A stretch of 61,733 bases of DNA, taken from the IMG/VR virus record IMGVR_UViG_3300035208_003871; one strand, 5' to 3'. This stretch comes from a virus (Duplodnaviria > Heunggongvirae > Uroviricota > Caudoviricetes). Under the pieces are notes generated by a model. That model was not told the DNA's origin, made no database searches, and was given only the letters and a program-made list of their open reading frames with translations. Made by a program: the position numbers and the translations under genes. Shown piece by piece: positions 44,226 to 53,773 of this stretch. The first letter of the stretch is position 1, and each line of letters starts with the position of its first letter.

Positions 44226-45752
44226 ATGTCAACATTTAACAAGAAGGTTTCTACCTCAAAAAAGTTAGAATCGCACCCAAGTGCAACAAAGAACCACGAG
44301 GACGCACTTGCATTTAAGATGTCACCAAAGCTCGATCTGTACACTAGAGTAGCAACATGTCTCTATGGTCAGGACAAATTTTACGTAACCGGAAAGCAGG
44401 CAGACTCCGAACTTCAGTCAGTTCTGTCAACGGTAATCGCAGAAGATCCAAAGTTTGTTCTTGATCTTGCAAAGTATACCCGCAATAAATTGTACCTCAG
44501 GTCGGTTCCACAGGTGTTACTTGCAGAAGTTTTCAATCAGTCACCCGGAACTGTTGGTGCATACAAGTATGTTCCTGAAGTAGTGAAACGTGCAGATGAA
44601 ATCACCGAGGTGCTCGCTTACCAGTTAAACAGAAATGCTGCAACAGGGACACGTGGTGATGGTCAGAAGAAGATTCCCAAGTCACTACAGAAGGGACTTC
44701 GACTCGCAATGCAGAACTTCGGAGAGTATCACTACGCTAAGTACAACAAAGATGGCGAAGTTACCTTCAAGGACGCAATGACACTCGTGCGACCAAAGCC
44801 AAAAGATTCTGCACAGGCAGCAATCTTCGAAAAACTCGTAAATGGCGAGTCGCTTCCAATCCCGGATACATGGGAGATGATCACCACAATAAAGGGATCA
44901 AACAAAGCAAGTTGGGAAGAGGCCGCAGAAAAGACTCCGTACATGGCTACAATTAGGAATTTAAACAATTTCCTTCGGAATGATATCGGGAACCTCGATG
45001 TTGTAATTGATCGTCTTACCAATGAGGCACAGGTTCTCAAATCAAAACAGCTTCCGTTTAGGTTCTACTCTGCATATCGCGAGATCCAGAACAATGCCAA
45101 GGATAGCAGAACAAATAAGGTTCTTGATGCAATCGACACTGCTATGGAAATCTCAATAAAAAATGTTCCAAATGCAGGTGGAAAAACCGCTGTGCTTGTG
45201 GATCTTTCAGGGTCAATGCAAAGCAAAGTATCTGGAAAATCAACCGTTAGCATGAGAGAAATCGCATCTGTCTTCGGTGCAATATCTTCAAAGGTCTTCG
45301 ATGACTGCGTATTCTACGGATTCGGTGACACTTCCAAGGTAATTCCGCTTTCGAAGAGAAGTTCAATCATCGATAATGTCGAAAAAATCAACCAGACAAA
45401 TGTTGGATGTTCAACAAATGCGCATCTACCAGTCCTTGACATGATAAAAAATGGCACCGATGTAGATCGCATAATCCTGTTCAGTGATATGCAGTGCTAT
45501 AACAGCGGATATAGTGGAACATCCAGCGGATATTCATATGGATACGATGTAACACCAGCATTCTTCGACTACCGCAAGAAAGTAAATCAGAACACAAAAC
45601 TGTATTCCATCGACCTCACCGGATATGGAACTGTCAAGTGGCCCGAAAACACTCGTGGTATCTACACAATCAGTGGATGGAGCAACAGCATCTTCAACTT
45701 CATCGATGCAGTAGAAAAGGGTGAGAAGGATATCCTTTCCCTCATCAATTAA
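44226..45752 (+). CDS. rsr: Ro60/TROVE-domain RNA-binding protein with C-terminal vWA
   Basis: LYLRSVP, KRADEITE, KYNKDG...KDAMTLVRPKP, PDTWE, YMATIRNL, QLPFRFYSAY, VDLSGSM, ILFSDMQ. Confidence 0.93.
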   Translation: MSTFNKKVSTSKKLESHPSATKNHEDALAFKMSPKLDLYTRVATCLYGQDKFYVTGKQADSELQSVLSTVIAEDPKFVLDLAKYTRNKLYLRSVPQVLLAEVFNQSPGTVGAYKYVPEVVKRADEITEVLAYQLNRNAATGTRGDGQKKIPKSLQKGLRLAMQNFGEYHYAKYNKDGEVTFKDAMTLVRPKPKDSAQAAIFEKLVNGESLPIPDTWEMITTIKGSNKASWEEAAEKTPYMATIRNLNNFLRNDIGNLDVVIDRLTNEAQVLKSKQLPFRFYSAYREIQNNAKDSRTNKVLDAIDTAMEISIKNVPNAGGKTAVLVDLSGSMQSKVSGKSTVSMREIASVFGAISSKVFDDCVFYGFGDTSKVIPLSKRSSIIDNVEKINQTNVGCSTNAHLPVLDMIKNGTDVDRIILFSDMQCYNSGYSGTSSGYSYGYDVTPAFFDYRKKVNQNTKLYSIDLTGYGTVKWPENTRGIYTISGWSNSIFNFIDAVEKGEKDILSLIN

Positions 45753-45783
45753 CTTTTTTAACATAATCAACTCATATAATTAT

Positions 45784-46503
45784 ATGAGTGATACATTTCT
45801 CATACCATTTACATTCGATGGTGAACCAATCGATATGGTAATGTTAGATGATTTAACTGTTGGTTTTACTACCCATCATCTTGCAATTGCACTAGATACA
45901 GATGAAAAATACATTAAGCAATTATTGCAGCGGAATCACGAATTATTCGATGATTCTACCTTTCGCTGCAAGATGCATCATTTGGGAGCAATGCGAGTAA
46001 TTACCTGTTTAAAGAAAGATGCGGTCATAACTTTAGTAACACTCCTTGATTATCATAGATATCCGGAAAATAAGAAACAGCGCATAATTTCATTCAGGAA
46101 GTGGTCATCGAAAGTTATTGTTGATGTGATAGAAGGTAAGATTAGTGATGATGTTATCACATGGATTGCTGAGCGAAAAATAGCAAAAATGCTTTATCAC
46201 ACTCTCACTGATGCAGTTAAAGAAAAATGTGTTCCAGAAAATGCAAGTGAAAAAGAGAAACGTATGATTTATGGAAAAGAAGCTAATCTCATTAATTTGG
46301 TTGTATTTGGTAAGAAAGCAAATGGTGTAAATCAGAGAAATACAGCCACATCTGATCAATTAAGGTGTTTGAATAGGTGTCAGGGTGTATTGCCCGGATT
46401 GGTTCTTGCAGACATTCCATACAACAGACGGCTTGAAATTTTGCAGGAAGTTGTCGATAAGATTGTTATTGAATCAATGGATGATCAAAAGCAACTTTCA
46501 TAA
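45784..46503 (+). CDS. Antirepressor-like DNA-binding protein, paralogue of 43021..43842
   Basis: TDAVKE...EANLINLVVFG...NQRN C-domain. Confidence 0.7.
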   Translation: MSDTFLIPFTFDGEPIDMVMLDDLTVGFTTHHLAIALDTDEKYIKQLLQRNHELFDDSTFRCKMHHLGAMRVITCLKKDAVITLVTLLDYHRYPENKKQRIISFRKWSSKVIVDVIEGKISDDVITWIAERKIAKMLYHTLTDAVKEKCVPENASEKEKRMIYGKEANLINLVVFGKKANGVNQRNTATSDQLRCLNRCQGVLPGLVLADIPYNRRLEILQEVVDKIVIESMDDQKQLS

Positions 46504-46638
46504 ACTTTTATGATTAATATATAAGTGAACAGATCCGATTGTTACGAATTGCATTGAAGTGGATCCACACTTCATCGCCACCTATTTTTTAACTAATCCT
46601 CGATAACATTATATAAAGATACAACGCATTTTATACTC

Positions 46639-46848
46639 ATGAGCTCGTTCGACAAGCCAATGGTTACTGATAAAGCCAGAGAAGAAATGCAAAAAAATCA
46701 GGAAAACCCAACTCCCGGTTTTTTTAACAAAGTCAGAGCAGCGGGACGCGACATTGTAGTTAAATGTAAAGCACTCTGCGGATACAAAACCGAAGACACA
46801 ACCGAAGGCGACTGTGGATTCACTACTGGTGATTGTGATGGTAAGTAA
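46639..46848 (+). CDS. Hypothetical protein
   Basis: 69 aa ORF overlapping the next gene. Confidence 0.55.
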   Translation: MSSFDKPMVTDKAREEMQKNQENPTPGFFNKVRAAGRDIVVKCKALCGYKTEDTTEGDCGFTTGDCDGK

Positions 46849-47569
46849 GTTTATACTACTTTCGATTATACTACTCTCAATGATCGCACTCCCGGTAATG
46901 GCAACTGACTCAACCTCACACATAGAAACCAGTGGAACGGCTGGATCAGTCATTTCTTCGGGTGTAAGTGAAGTTGAGGTATCGGTTGGTGGCACTTATA
47001 ACAGTATTAGCTCAAGTAGAAAAATGCTTACCCTTGGTAACACAAAATTTACCACAAATCAGAACAGCACCAGCAAATATCACAACACACTCGATTCAAG
47101 TGATGAAGTGGAATTTGCCGATTTAGCAATCATAACTGATTCATACGGTATGGAAGATGCCAAGGATTCAACCGGTAAGTACAGTTATTTAGCTGACGAT
47201 TCAACATCATCCGAGCAGAAAGTAAATGCCGAGTTTATCCAGATGGGATCAAATGGCGGCAGGTATAAGAGCGCCGGAGTTGTGGACGATGCAAACATTA
47301 CCACAAGCATGAGAGCAGAAGGTAACGCGGGATCAGTAACTGCAAAATACGCCTCGACAACCGCATCAAGTTTGATTGCAGGTAGCACGACTCCCAATTA
47401 CCAGAAGAATGAGTATGGTTCAGTTACATGGCTCAACAAAAATGACACCGGTTACGATGCAGCATTCGATTGGGTTTGGAAAGATTTCAGCGTCCCATTC
47501 GAAATCATTAACAACACCACAAGTGCGAATGTCACTAATGAGAGTGTAAACATCACTCCCGCTTATTAA
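46838..47569 (+). CDS. Secreted S/T-rich beta protein
   Basis: Signal peptide MVSKFILLSIILLSMIALPVMA; several N-x-S/T sequons. Confidence 0.7.
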   Translation: MVSKFILLSIILLSMIALPVMATDSTSHIETSGTAGSVISSGVSEVEVSVGGTYNSISSSRKMLTLGNTKFTTNQNSTSKYHNTLDSSDEVEFADLAIITDSYGMEDAKDSTGKYSYLADDSTSSEQKVNAEFIQMGSNGGRYKSAGVVDDANITTSMRAEGNAGSVTAKYASTTASSLIAGSTTPNYQKNEYGSVTWLNKNDTGYDAAFDWVWKDFSVPFEIINNTTSANVTNESVNITPAY

Positions 47570-47652
47570 TTTTTATACTGATAAATGAGATGTCATTATA
47601 TGTCATCTCAAAAACCTTTACATTTTTATAGATGTAAACCACATTTTATTTC

Positions 47653-47850
47653 ATGTGCAATTCACGCAAATTTACAAATAATATGGCTACGACTCTTGAA
47701 ATGGTGGAAAAAGACAATAAATTCCTCAGAAAAGAAGTGCAGTTATTGCGAGAAGAAATAGATTTATTACGAACAAGAATACCACCCTGTCCTTGCGGAT
47801 TTATTGAAACAAAATATTGCAATATAATATCAGACGACACGGAGGATTAG
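47653..47850 (+). CDS. Small coiled-coil protein with CPC motif
   Basis: Heptads followed by PPCPCG. Confidence 0.55.
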   Translation: MCNSRKFTNNMATTLEMVEKDNKFLRKEVQLLREEIDLLRTRIPPCPCGFIETKYCNIISDDTED

Positions 47851-47873
47851 ATCACATCCCGGCTTAAAAGTTT

Positions 47874-47954
47874 AGTCTAACAAAGAAAAGAAAGAAAGAG
47901 AAAGATTATTTTCTCTTCCTGCTTGTTCTTTGTGTTTGGGTGTGTCGTTAAGTA
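47874..47954 (-). ncRNA. Hairpin small-RNA unit, copy 4 of 5
   Basis: Minus strand: TACTTAA, ACAAAGAA/TTCTTTGT, GGAAGAGAAA/TTTCTCTTTC, ends GTTAGACT. Confidence 0.55.
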
Positions 47955-47999
47955 AAAACTTAACAATATAATATTGACTTTTCAACTATAAAAAAGTTA

Positions 48000-48203
48000 T
48001 TAGTAATGTCTAGATGACAAAATTTGACCGTTTTGAATGGTATAATATGGATTTTTGTCACCAAGTCCCTTGTCGAGAACGATAGTGTAGGTGTTATTTC
48101 CTTCTGCTTCGTTTCTATCAACTTCACCAATGATAAATGCTGCGTCTTCTCTTGATTCTCCAGCAACTAACCAAATACGTCCTTCTTCGTTAATTTTTCT
48201 CAT
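48000..48203 (-). CDS. Hypothetical protein
   Basis: GGAG leader on the minus strand. Confidence 0.55.
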   Translation of the reverse strand: MRKINEEGRIWLVAGESREDAAFIIGEVDRNEAEGNNTYTIVLDKGLGDKNPYYTIQNGQILSSRHY

Positions 48204-48206
48204 AAT

Positions 48207-48452
48207 TTACTCCTTAATGAAAATTCCTTTTAGTGCGGCATAGTGTGCCGATGCTTTCTTTCCTACCTTGATCAGTTCTTCATCAGTGAGGTTTTTGTCA
48301 GCAAATCCGTCTTCAAATGCAGCAAGTCCTTCTAAATAAGGAACTACTACACCTGCGGCTTGTTTTAATCTTACACTTTGGATATATGTTGTGACAATAC
48401 CGATGAGGGCAACCACGGTTGGAATAATTACGTTGAGCTCCATTCCTTCCAT
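48207..48452 (-). CDS. Small membrane protein
   Basis: N-terminal TM helix VIIPTVVALIGIVTTYI. Confidence 0.6.
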   Translation of the reverse strand: MEGMELNVIIPTVVALIGIVTTYIQSVRLKQAAGVVVPYLEGLAAFEDGFADKNLTDEELIKVGKKASAHYAALKGIFIKE

Positions 48453-48534
48453 GTATCTATCTTATATTATTTCCCATTTAATATAATATAAGTTTTATAC
48501 AAAGGTTAATAAAGTAAATTAACAATTATTATAT

Positions 48535-49560
48535 ATGAATCCTTTTGTATCAGTTTGTATATCTACTTTTAATCGATGTGATCAATTGGAAATAGCAGTA
48601 GAATCAATATTGCGACAAGATTATCCACATTTAGAACTTGTAATATATGATAATGCAAGCAGTGATAATACCCCAGAATATCTTACTAAATTATCTGAAA
48701 AATACCCAAATATAAATGCAATATGTAGAAAGGTTCCAAATCGAAATGCAATGCAGACACTGAATCAAACATTCAGGGCATCTCGTGGAGAATACATATT
48801 AGTTTTAGATGATGATGCATATCTCCCAGATACAACAACAATATCAAAATTAGTAATTGCAATGGAAACTCATCCTGACGCGGCAATAGTTGGAGCAAAT
48901 GTTCAGGCAGCTAATGGAGATTGGCAAATGCCTATTCGAACAGTAGACGGTTTATTTGTACCATCGTGGCAAATTGGAAACATGGGAACATTTAAATACT
49001 TTGAATTTCATGGAGCTTGCGCATTATTTAGAAAAAGTTTTGTTCAGGAAATTGGATATTATGATGAAAGTTTCATGATTTACATGAATGAACTCGATCT
49101 CTCCACTCGTGTACTTGCAATGGGATTTAATGTTTATATATGCGCTGATGTAATCGCAATTCATACTGGAGTTGGTGATAAAAATGCATGTACAAAAAAG
49201 GTTTATTATTTCATTAAAAATTACAACACTGTTATAACACGAACATTTACAAGTGTTTATAAACGATTAACGGGAGTTTTGTTACATTCTTTTATGAGTG
49301 GTGGATATTATTTTGAAAGAATAATGATTCATAAAACTTGTAAATCGAGATTTGTTGTATTTAAATTTCTGTATTATTTAACTAAAATACTGTGTATTGG
49401 GATATATAGATCGTTTTTTCCTGATAAGAATTATCGATTTGATATATCATTTCAGCGCATATACGAAAATTCAATGTATAATGGATTTAAGCGATGTGTA
49501 ACTGATAGATTACTTTGGTTCATTAATCGTAAAGATACAACATCAAAGGGTGTACGATGA
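48535..49560 (+). CDS. GT2-family glycosyltransferase
   Basis: VSVCISTFNR, YDNASSD, LVLDDD, YDESFMIYMNELDL. Confidence 0.9.
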   Translation: MNPFVSVCISTFNRCDQLEIAVESILRQDYPHLELVIYDNASSDNTPEYLTKLSEKYPNINAICRKVPNRNAMQTLNQTFRASRGEYILVLDDDAYLPDTTTISKLVIAMETHPDAAIVGANVQAANGDWQMPIRTVDGLFVPSWQIGNMGTFKYFEFHGACALFRKSFVQEIGYYDESFMIYMNELDLSTRVLAMGFNVYICADVIAIHTGVGDKNACTKKVYYFIKNYNTVITRTFTSVYKRLTGVLLHSFMSGGYYFERIMIHKTCKSRFVVFKFLYYLTKILCIGIYRSFFPDKNYRFDISFQRIYENSMYNGFKRCVTDRLLWFINRKDTTSKGVR

Positions 49561-50510
49561 GTGACGCAAAACGAGTCGGTGTGGCTATTTCAACTTGGAA
49601 TCGCGCAGTTGACTTAAAACGATGTCTCACATTATTATACAATCAGAGTTTTCCATTTGACATTTTTGTAGTGGACAATTGTAGTTTAGATTGGACAGAA
49701 GAAGTCTTAAAATCATTTGGTTTACGTAAAGGTATTGAATATTATATAATGCCACATTCAGACTTTAGCGCAATAGAAACCATAAATGTTGCATTGCGAA
49801 ATCTAAACAACGAATACGTAATAATTCTTGACGATGATACATTTCTTACCGATAATAATAGTATAGAGAAAATGGTAAGCACTGCAGATACAGATACAAA
49901 TATAGCAATAGTAGCCTGCAACATTCGTGATAAGTTTGGAAAGATATCATTTATATTAAAGACCCCAATGTTCGATGCGATTGACTACGATCAAGTTACT
50001 AATAAACCAATATTCGACATTGATGATTTTAGTGGCGCATGTGCATTATTCAGGAAATCGTTGGTTGGCCCTGATTACTATGATGAAAGTTTCAAACTTT
50101 ATTGGAACGAACCAGAACTTGCAATACGAATGGCAGCAAAAGGTCATAGAGTAGTTATCAACCAATCAATCGTAGTAACTCATGGAAGTGAAGTTGGTCG
50201 CGAATCCTGTAAATCTTATTATTATGGTTCACGTAATACATTCAGATTAATGACCAAGGTTATGACGCGAAAACAAAGTCTTCTTTATACAGCGGTATTA
50301 GTTCCATTTCATTTCAGACATTACATAAAATTCTATAAAAATAAAAACTTCTTTAAATATCTTCCAAAACTTATATTTTCATATTTACAGGGTTTTTATC
50401 GCTGTATATTTGCTGAAAGAATACAATTTAAAGATCCAGATACTGAACAAAGAGTGCGAGATACATATAACAAATATTATCTAAAAGAAATATTATTTGC
50501 GGTAAGTTAA
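49557..50510 (+). CDS. GT2-family glycosyltransferase, paralogue
   Basis: ISTWNR, VDNCSLD, ILDDD, YDESFKLYWNEPEL. Confidence 0.9.
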   Translation: MSDAKRVGVAISTWNRAVDLKRCLTLLYNQSFPFDIFVVDNCSLDWTEEVLKSFGLRKGIEYYIMPHSDFSAIETINVALRNLNNEYVIILDDDTFLTDNNSIEKMVSTADTDTNIAIVACNIRDKFGKISFILKTPMFDAIDYDQVTNKPIFDIDDFSGACALFRKSLVGPDYYDESFKLYWNEPELAIRMAAKGHRVVINQSIVVTHGSEVGRESCKSYYYGSRNTFRLMTKVMTRKQSLLYTAVLVPFHFRHYIKFYKNKNFFKYLPKLIFSYLQGFYRCIFAERIQFKDPDTEQRVRDTYNKYYLKEILFAVS

Positions 50511-50534
50511 CTAATAAAAATTAACTAATTTATA

Positions 50535-51161
50535 ATGAAAACAAGAATCATTTATTTTATTTACAATTTTTTTTATGAACCAATTTTTAATTTCATTTAT
50601 TTGATCAAGTGGAAAATATATGGAAAAAAGTTGTTCAAAAAAGATGGAAAAAATCATCAAATAATGTATGTTTCTCTCATTCATGGCGGAGGACTAGCGC
50701 GTCATGTATCAGATCTTACTGAAGGTTTGAAAACAAATTACGCAATTTGGATTATAAGAAAGAATAGATGGATATATCATATTAACGGAAGCAATAGATC
50801 GATATTCAGGTATCCTGAAACTATGACATTATCTGAAGTGATAAGTGAAATAAATCCCTCTGTTATCCACATTCATCAATTAAGCGAGACATTATGGGAA
50901 ATTCCACATATACCATTAGATAAGTGTGTCATAACTTTACATGATGTTTATTATGTGTGCCCTCATTATTTCATGACTGAGTGCCTCGGAACAAGATTTT
51001 GTCACCCCTCACTTTGCAGTAAAGAATGGAGGGAACAGATGCATTCCATATTACAACAGTGCAAATGTATTATTGCTCCGTCAACTGCGATAAAAGAAAT
51101 AATATTATTTTACTACCCGGATATTGAAGAAAAAATCATTATTATAGAACATGGAATTTAA
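50535..51161 (+). CDS. GT4-family glycosyltransferase, N-terminal half
   Basis: GGGLARHV, IHIHQL, ITLHDVYYVCP, IIAPSTAIK, IIEHGI. Confidence 0.8.
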   Translation: MKTRIIYFIYNFFYEPIFNFIYLIKWKIYGKKLFKKDGKNHQIMYVSLIHGGGLARHVSDLTEGLKTNYAIWIIRKNRWIYHINGSNRSIFRYPETMTLSEVISEINPSVIHIHQLSETLWEIPHIPLDKCVITLHDVYYVCPHYFMTECLGTRFCHPSLCSKEWREQMHSILQQCKCIIAPSTAIKEIILFYYPDIEEKIIIIEHGI

Positions 51162-51657
51162 AATGTTAAACGTGGCATATGTTGGAGCATTATATCATGC
51201 AAAAGGATCTTATAATTTATTATATTTGATGGAAACAAATAGTCCGGTAAACTGGTTTGTTATAGGATGGATTGCCGAATACAATGATATATTAAAGAAA
51301 GCGACATTATACGGATCTTATAAGTCAAAGAATGAATTGTTTGATATGCTTGATATTTATGCAATCGATTTGGTAATAATGCCAAATGAATGTTATGAAT
51401 CATTTTCGTATATAATGAGTGAAGTATGGGAATATGGTCTACCAATCCTTGGAACGGACAGAGGGGCAGTAAAAAGTCGAATTGAGGAAACCGGTTGTGG
51501 ATGGGTATGCAGTCCTAAAAAAATGAACGAGGCATTAATCTGGTTAAATAATCATCCGGAAGAAATAGATAAAAAATTGATGATTACTCAGTCATATAAT
51601 GTCCCTACAATTTCGGACATGTATATTAAATATGATAAGTTATATAAAGAAATGTAA
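51151..51657 (+). CDS. GT4-family glycosyltransferase, C-terminal half
   Basis: YVGALYHAKG, ECYESFSYIMSEVWEYGLPILGTDRGA. Confidence 0.82.
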   Translation: MEFKMLNVAYVGALYHAKGSYNLLYLMETNSPVNWFVIGWIAEYNDILKKATLYGSYKSKNELFDMLDIYAIDLVIMPNECYESFSYIMSEVWEYGLPILGTDRGAVKSRIEETGCGWVCSPKKMNEALIWLNNHPEEIDKKLMITQSYNVPTISDMYIKYDKLYKEM

Positions 51658-53159
51658 TGATTACTGCATTAGTTGTAATGTTTAATGCTGAACAAATGCT
51701 CGATGAGCATTTAATATCGCTTTGGTTTTGTGATGAAATAATAGCAATAGATCTCGGAAGTTCAGATAATTCAGTTAACATAGCAAAAAAGTATAATTGT
51801 AACATTAAACATCATACATGGGTTCCCATGGGAGAAATGGCATGGACTCATTACATAAATGAAGCTCGGAATGATTGGATTCTTGTTGCCGATCCTGATG
51901 AAATTATAACTCCTAAACTTGCAGAAAAGATAAATGAAACTATAGATACTATACCGGATGACGTTGGTACAATACTTCTTCCATATAGACATCATTTTCT
52001 CGGAAAGCGAATAGAAACTTCAATGTGGGGAGAAATTCATTACATACCAAAATTATTCCACAAAAACCGAGTCGATGTTACATGCACAGTTCATCGTCCA
52101 TTTACTATAAAACAAAATTATAAAAATATAATTCTTAAAATTGAAAATAATGATGATTCGGAAGTTGTTCTCCATTATCCAGCTGAAAATATAGTGTTTA
52201 TGCTAACTAAATTATTCAGGTACTCATTGCTAGAGGGAGAATCGAGATTTAAACACGGTGAAAAATGGACATTTAAAAGTTGTACTCTTGCAATATCTCG
52301 CAGTATTTATTATCATTTTAAACAAACTAATGGAATCCGTAACCCTTCATCAATATTACTTGGAGCAATATTTGTAACTTATGATGCAGTTTCACAATTT
52401 ACACTAATGGTTTACCAACATCATTACAAAAGCAGAAGTTTGGATATATTGCAAATAGAACCAACCAGACGGTGTAATATGAATTGTAAACATTGTAATC
52501 GTAAAGATAATAATGGATACATTTCTATTGAAATATTTGCTAAAATACTGTCACTACACCCTTACGTAAAAACAATAAAAATACAAGGACTTGGAGAACC
52601 GTTATTGCATCCAAATATCGATAAACTAATTCAAATGGCGCGCAATCATGGATCTCGTGTAATGATTATAACAAATGGTTCATTACCGATTCCTGAAGGT
52701 ATAGATGATCTCGTTATATCAATGGAAACAATAGATCCAATTAAATATAAAGAATTACGCGGATACGATATTGGACGAGTATTAACCAATATTGAAGACA
52801 TAAGAACAAAACAAAAAGTCACATTAAATTGTGTACAAACACATCTTACCAATAAAACAGATGTAGAAAATATTAAACGATATGCAAATTTATCAGGTAT
52901 GGATGTGTGGTTAACTCCAATGGAAGTATGGGTAGATCCCTTACATCCTGACTATCAAGGATCACGTGATCATGCGTTACAAGCATGTGATATTCATGGT
53001 ACAATTCCATGTAAAAGACAAAAAACTTGTCAATGGATGAAGAAATCTAAATATTATGATTATCTTGGAAGAGAGCACCCCTGTTGTATCAGAATGACCG
53101 ACGAATACATTCTCAGTTTAGTTGATTTAGAGTTATGTTGTAAAAGGTGTCCTATATGA
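51657..53159 (+). CDS. GT2 glycosyltransferase fused to a radical SAM domain
   Basis: DLGSSD and ADPDE, then CNMNCKHC, GLGEPLLHP, ITNG and C-terminal Cys (SPASM/twitch-like). Confidence 0.85.
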   Translation: MITALVVMFNAEQMLDEHLISLWFCDEIIAIDLGSSDNSVNIAKKYNCNIKHHTWVPMGEMAWTHYINEARNDWILVADPDEIITPKLAEKINETIDTIPDDVGTILLPYRHHFLGKRIETSMWGEIHYIPKLFHKNRVDVTCTVHRPFTIKQNYKNIILKIENNDDSEVVLHYPAENIVFMLTKLFRYSLLEGESRFKHGEKWTFKSCTLAISRSIYYHFKQTNGIRNPSSILLGAIFVTYDAVSQFTLMVYQHHYKSRSLDILQIEPTRRCNMNCKHCNRKDNNGYISIEIFAKILSLHPYVKTIKIQGLGEPLLHPNIDKLIQMARNHGSRVMIITNGSLPIPEGIDDLVISMETIDPIKYKELRGYDIGRVLTNIEDIRTKQKVTLNCVQTHLTNKTDVENIKRYANLSGMDVWLTPMEVWVDPLHPDYQGSRDHALQACDIHGTIPCKRQKTCQWMKKSKYYDYLGREHPCCIRMTDEYILSLVDLELCCKRCPI

Positions 53160-53719
53160 TTATAGATAATAATGTAGAGGGTTTTGTAAGCCCAATAGAA
53201 GGAAGTATATTGCAGATTTTTGCAAGTAAATGCATCACCGGTTGTATTGTAAATATTGGTTGTTATAAAGGAAGATCTCTCAATTACATAATTGATGGAA
53301 AAAAAACCTATAGTAATGATCCATCTACTATTGAACCAACTATATATGCAATAGATATTAAAGTGCAACCAGAAGTTAAATTATTGGAAAATTACGGTGT
53401 AGTTTGTATTGAAGGATCATCATACGATCCAATTATACTTAATAAAATACCAGATAATATCGAATTGGTGTTTATTGATGGAGATCATTCATTTGATGGA
53501 TGTAAAGCAGATCTTGAGAATTATTGGAAGAAACTTATTCCGGGTGGTATTATGATGATTCATGATAGTTATGATACAAATGGAAAAATTTGTGAACCAG
53601 AAGTAGTAAAAGCCACTCGTAAATTTGTCAAACTTCATATGGATGAATTTGTGCCCGATTATTGGTATACTACACCGGTTCATAAAGTTGATAGTACAAT
53701 GGTTCTTCAGAAAAAGTAA
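53147..53719 (+). CDS. Class I SAM-dependent methyltransferase (Methyltransf_24-like)
   Basis: NIGCYKGRS, FIDGDHSF, PGGIMMIHD. Confidence 0.85.
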   Translation: MSYMIIDNNVEGFVSPIEGSILQIFASKCITGCIVNIGCYKGRSLNYIIDGKKTYSNDPSTIEPTIYAIDIKVQPEVKLLENYGVVCIEGSSYDPIILNKIPDNIELVFIDGDHSFDGCKADLENYWKKLIPGGIMMIHDSYDTNGKICEPEVVKATRKFVKLHMDEFVPDYWYTTPVHKVDSTMVLQKK

Positions 53720-53773
53720 TTAAATATACTTATTTATTATATGGTAAATTAGAGAGTATGGATAAGGTGCAAT

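Noticed and set aside
47848-47880. Amber read-through or pyrrolysine: TAG followed by nine in-frame codons to TAA at the hairpin unit
   Set aside because: Single instance, no CUA tRNA in the window, other TAG stops show no useful extension, and G-U pairing places the hairpin RNA on the opposite strand.
51151-51161. Programmed frameshift joining the two GT4 halves
   Set aside because: It would need a +1 shift at ATT TAA with poor re-pairing; the TTTAAAA heptamer is not in the upstream frame, and the second ORF has its own ATG.
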